Assembly (NCBI GenBank): GCA_032128875.1
Contig: JAVLKG010000009.1
Location: 206,936-270,935 of the forward strand
DNA: 64,000 nucleotides
Direction: 5' to 3'
Source of the DNA: Candidatus Melainabacteria bacterium 17Bon1m
Lineage (GTDB): Bacteria > Cyanobacteriota > Vampirovibrionia > Obscuribacterales > Obscuribacteraceae
The notes under the pieces were generated by a model that was not told the DNA's origin, searched no databases, and saw nothing but the letters and a program-made list of their open reading frames with translations. Positions 62,723 through 64,000 of the stretch are shown here, one piece after another; positions within the stretch are counted from its first letter, which is position 1; every line of letters begins with the position of its first letter. The position numbers were made by a program, and so were the translations under genes.

Positions 62723-63865
62723 TTGAGCCTCGACATTGCGGAATTGACCCAGTCAAGCCAGGCAATGAAAGACTATACGATGCTGCAAATTGTCGGTTTG
62801 TTGGCGTCTTGTCTATGGCAGATTGGGCTTGTTTACGCCTTTCTTCAAAGCGGAATTGCCGCACATTTGGCTCGACTTGTTGAGAAAGACAGCCAGATGC
62901 AATTCCTCAGAGCCACCACTTACTTCCTTTTCTTCTTCGTTTTCCTGTTCGTTTTGGCGCTGCCCATCAAGGTTTTATTCGAGTACTGCCCTGACAAAGT
63001 CTACGATCTCTCCACAAACACTTCCTTCTCGTACATAGTAAGAAAATGTTTGGACTTCATCGTAAATCTAGTCACTATGATCCCGATGATCGCGTTGGCG
63101 ATGGTCTTTGCAAAGAGTTTTCCCAAATATTGGGGATATTGCACCGGTGCTCTGCTGGCCGGTGTGTCAGCCTTCCAAATGATCTGTCTGCCTGCTTTGC
63201 TAGAAGATAGCAGTGCCTATCTAAAACCACTGGGCAAGCCGGATGTTCAAGCGCGAGTCGACGCTATTTTCAAAAAAGCCGGTATTGAAGGAGCTAAAGT
63301 ATTGGTTGAGAACGTGCCGGACACGAAGAAGTTGAATGCGTACGCCACAGGTGCAGGTCCGACGGCGCGCTTCGTTTTGTATGAATCGGTGGTCAACAAG
63401 CTGAGCGCCGACGAGATCGAATCTATGATTGCCCACGAGATATCGCACATCAAGCTTAATCACCTTTGGCTGCATGTGCTTCTTTCTTGCTCTTTTCTCT
63501 TTCTTGCACCTGTTTTTGCGCAGTTTATCGCACCATCACTGATACCACGCCTCCCCGAAAAATGGGGCATAAAGGCCGTTTCTGACTTGCCTGTGATTGC
63601 TCTTTCAGCGCTTGTTGTTCTCACTGGGAATTTCCTTTCGCTGCCCATTCAAAACTATTTTTCAAGAGAGTTTGAACGCCAGGCAGATGCGCAAGCGCTT
63701 GCTCTGACCGGTGATCCTGAAGCGTTCGCGCGTCAGCTTTCGGCTTTTGCACGCGCTAATCTGGACGACATGGATCCGCCCCGGTGGGCTGTGGTGACTT
63801 TGTATTCGCATCCTTCGGTGAAAGAACGAGTAGAAAGCGCACTGAAGCGGTTCGACGAACCGTAG
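62723..63865 (+). CDS. M48 family (Ste24/HtpX-like) membrane metalloprotease
   Basis: TM helices; NAYATG, AHEISH, ERQAD, SHPS. Confidence 0.92.
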   Translation: MSLDIAELTQSSQAMKDYTMLQIVGLLASCLWQIGLVYAFLQSGIAAHLARLVEKDSQMQFLRATTYFLFFFVFLFVLALPIKVLFEYCPDKVYDLSTNTSFSYIVRKCLDFIVNLVTMIPMIALAMVFAKSFPKYWGYCTGALLAGVSAFQMICLPALLEDSSAYLKPLGKPDVQARVDAIFKKAGIEGAKVLVENVPDTKKLNAYATGAGPTARFVLYESVVNKLSADEIESMIAHEISHIKLNHLWLHVLLSCSFLFLAPVFAQFIAPSLIPRLPEKWGIKAVSDLPVIALSALVVLTGNFLSLPIQNYFSREFERQADAQALALTGDPEAFARQLSAFARANLDDMDPPRWAVVTLYSHPSVKERVESALKRFDEP

Positions 63866-63917
63866 GACCGATGCCCTGTACGCCGATTTTCGTAGGGGCG
63901 ACGCCATGCGTCGACCG
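63861..63917 (+). repeat. REP elements (one degenerate at the stop codon, one intact)
   Basis: cGTAGGACCGATGCC overlaps the stop; cGTAGGGGCGACGCCATGCGTCGACC at 63891. Confidence 0.75.
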
Positions 63918-64000
63918 GTTCTACTGTAGATTTCCTCTTTCCCGTCAAGTGAATTAACGGCGGAAGGAACAAAATTCGGGATCATAAAACTGCTGTTTGC

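Noticed and set aside
58970-64000. Prophage or island integrated at selC
   Set aside because: No duplicated tRNA 3' end seen and downstream genes are housekeeping

Overview
Bacterial chromosomal window, most likely from a non-photosynthetic cyanobacterial relative (Vampirovibrionia/Melainabacteria, probably Obscuribacterales). This is inferred from the cyanobacterial-type split rpoB-rpoC1-rpoC2 operon with a large insertion in RpoC2, the absence of photosynthesis genes in the window, and many TPR/repeat-rich exported proteins. Core genes: gap, pgk, ruvC, lnt, nfu, a thiolase, a YhaO/YhaN (SbcD/SbcC-like) pair, an XerC/D recombinase, PBP1A and an M48 peptidase. Notable: an unannotated tRNA-Sec (selC); a dense family of GTAG/GTGG REP elements at or just after stop codons; a two-domain structured RNA leader before a 76-aa ORF; an HExxH protease with a clamp-binding-like N-terminus behind ruvC; an exported caspase-like protease fused to Tudor-like barrels; a large protein with a cryptic kinase-like domain; MshEN-like repeat proteins; and an AT-richer glycan-modification cluster. 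All calls come from motif recognition by eye; no searches were run.
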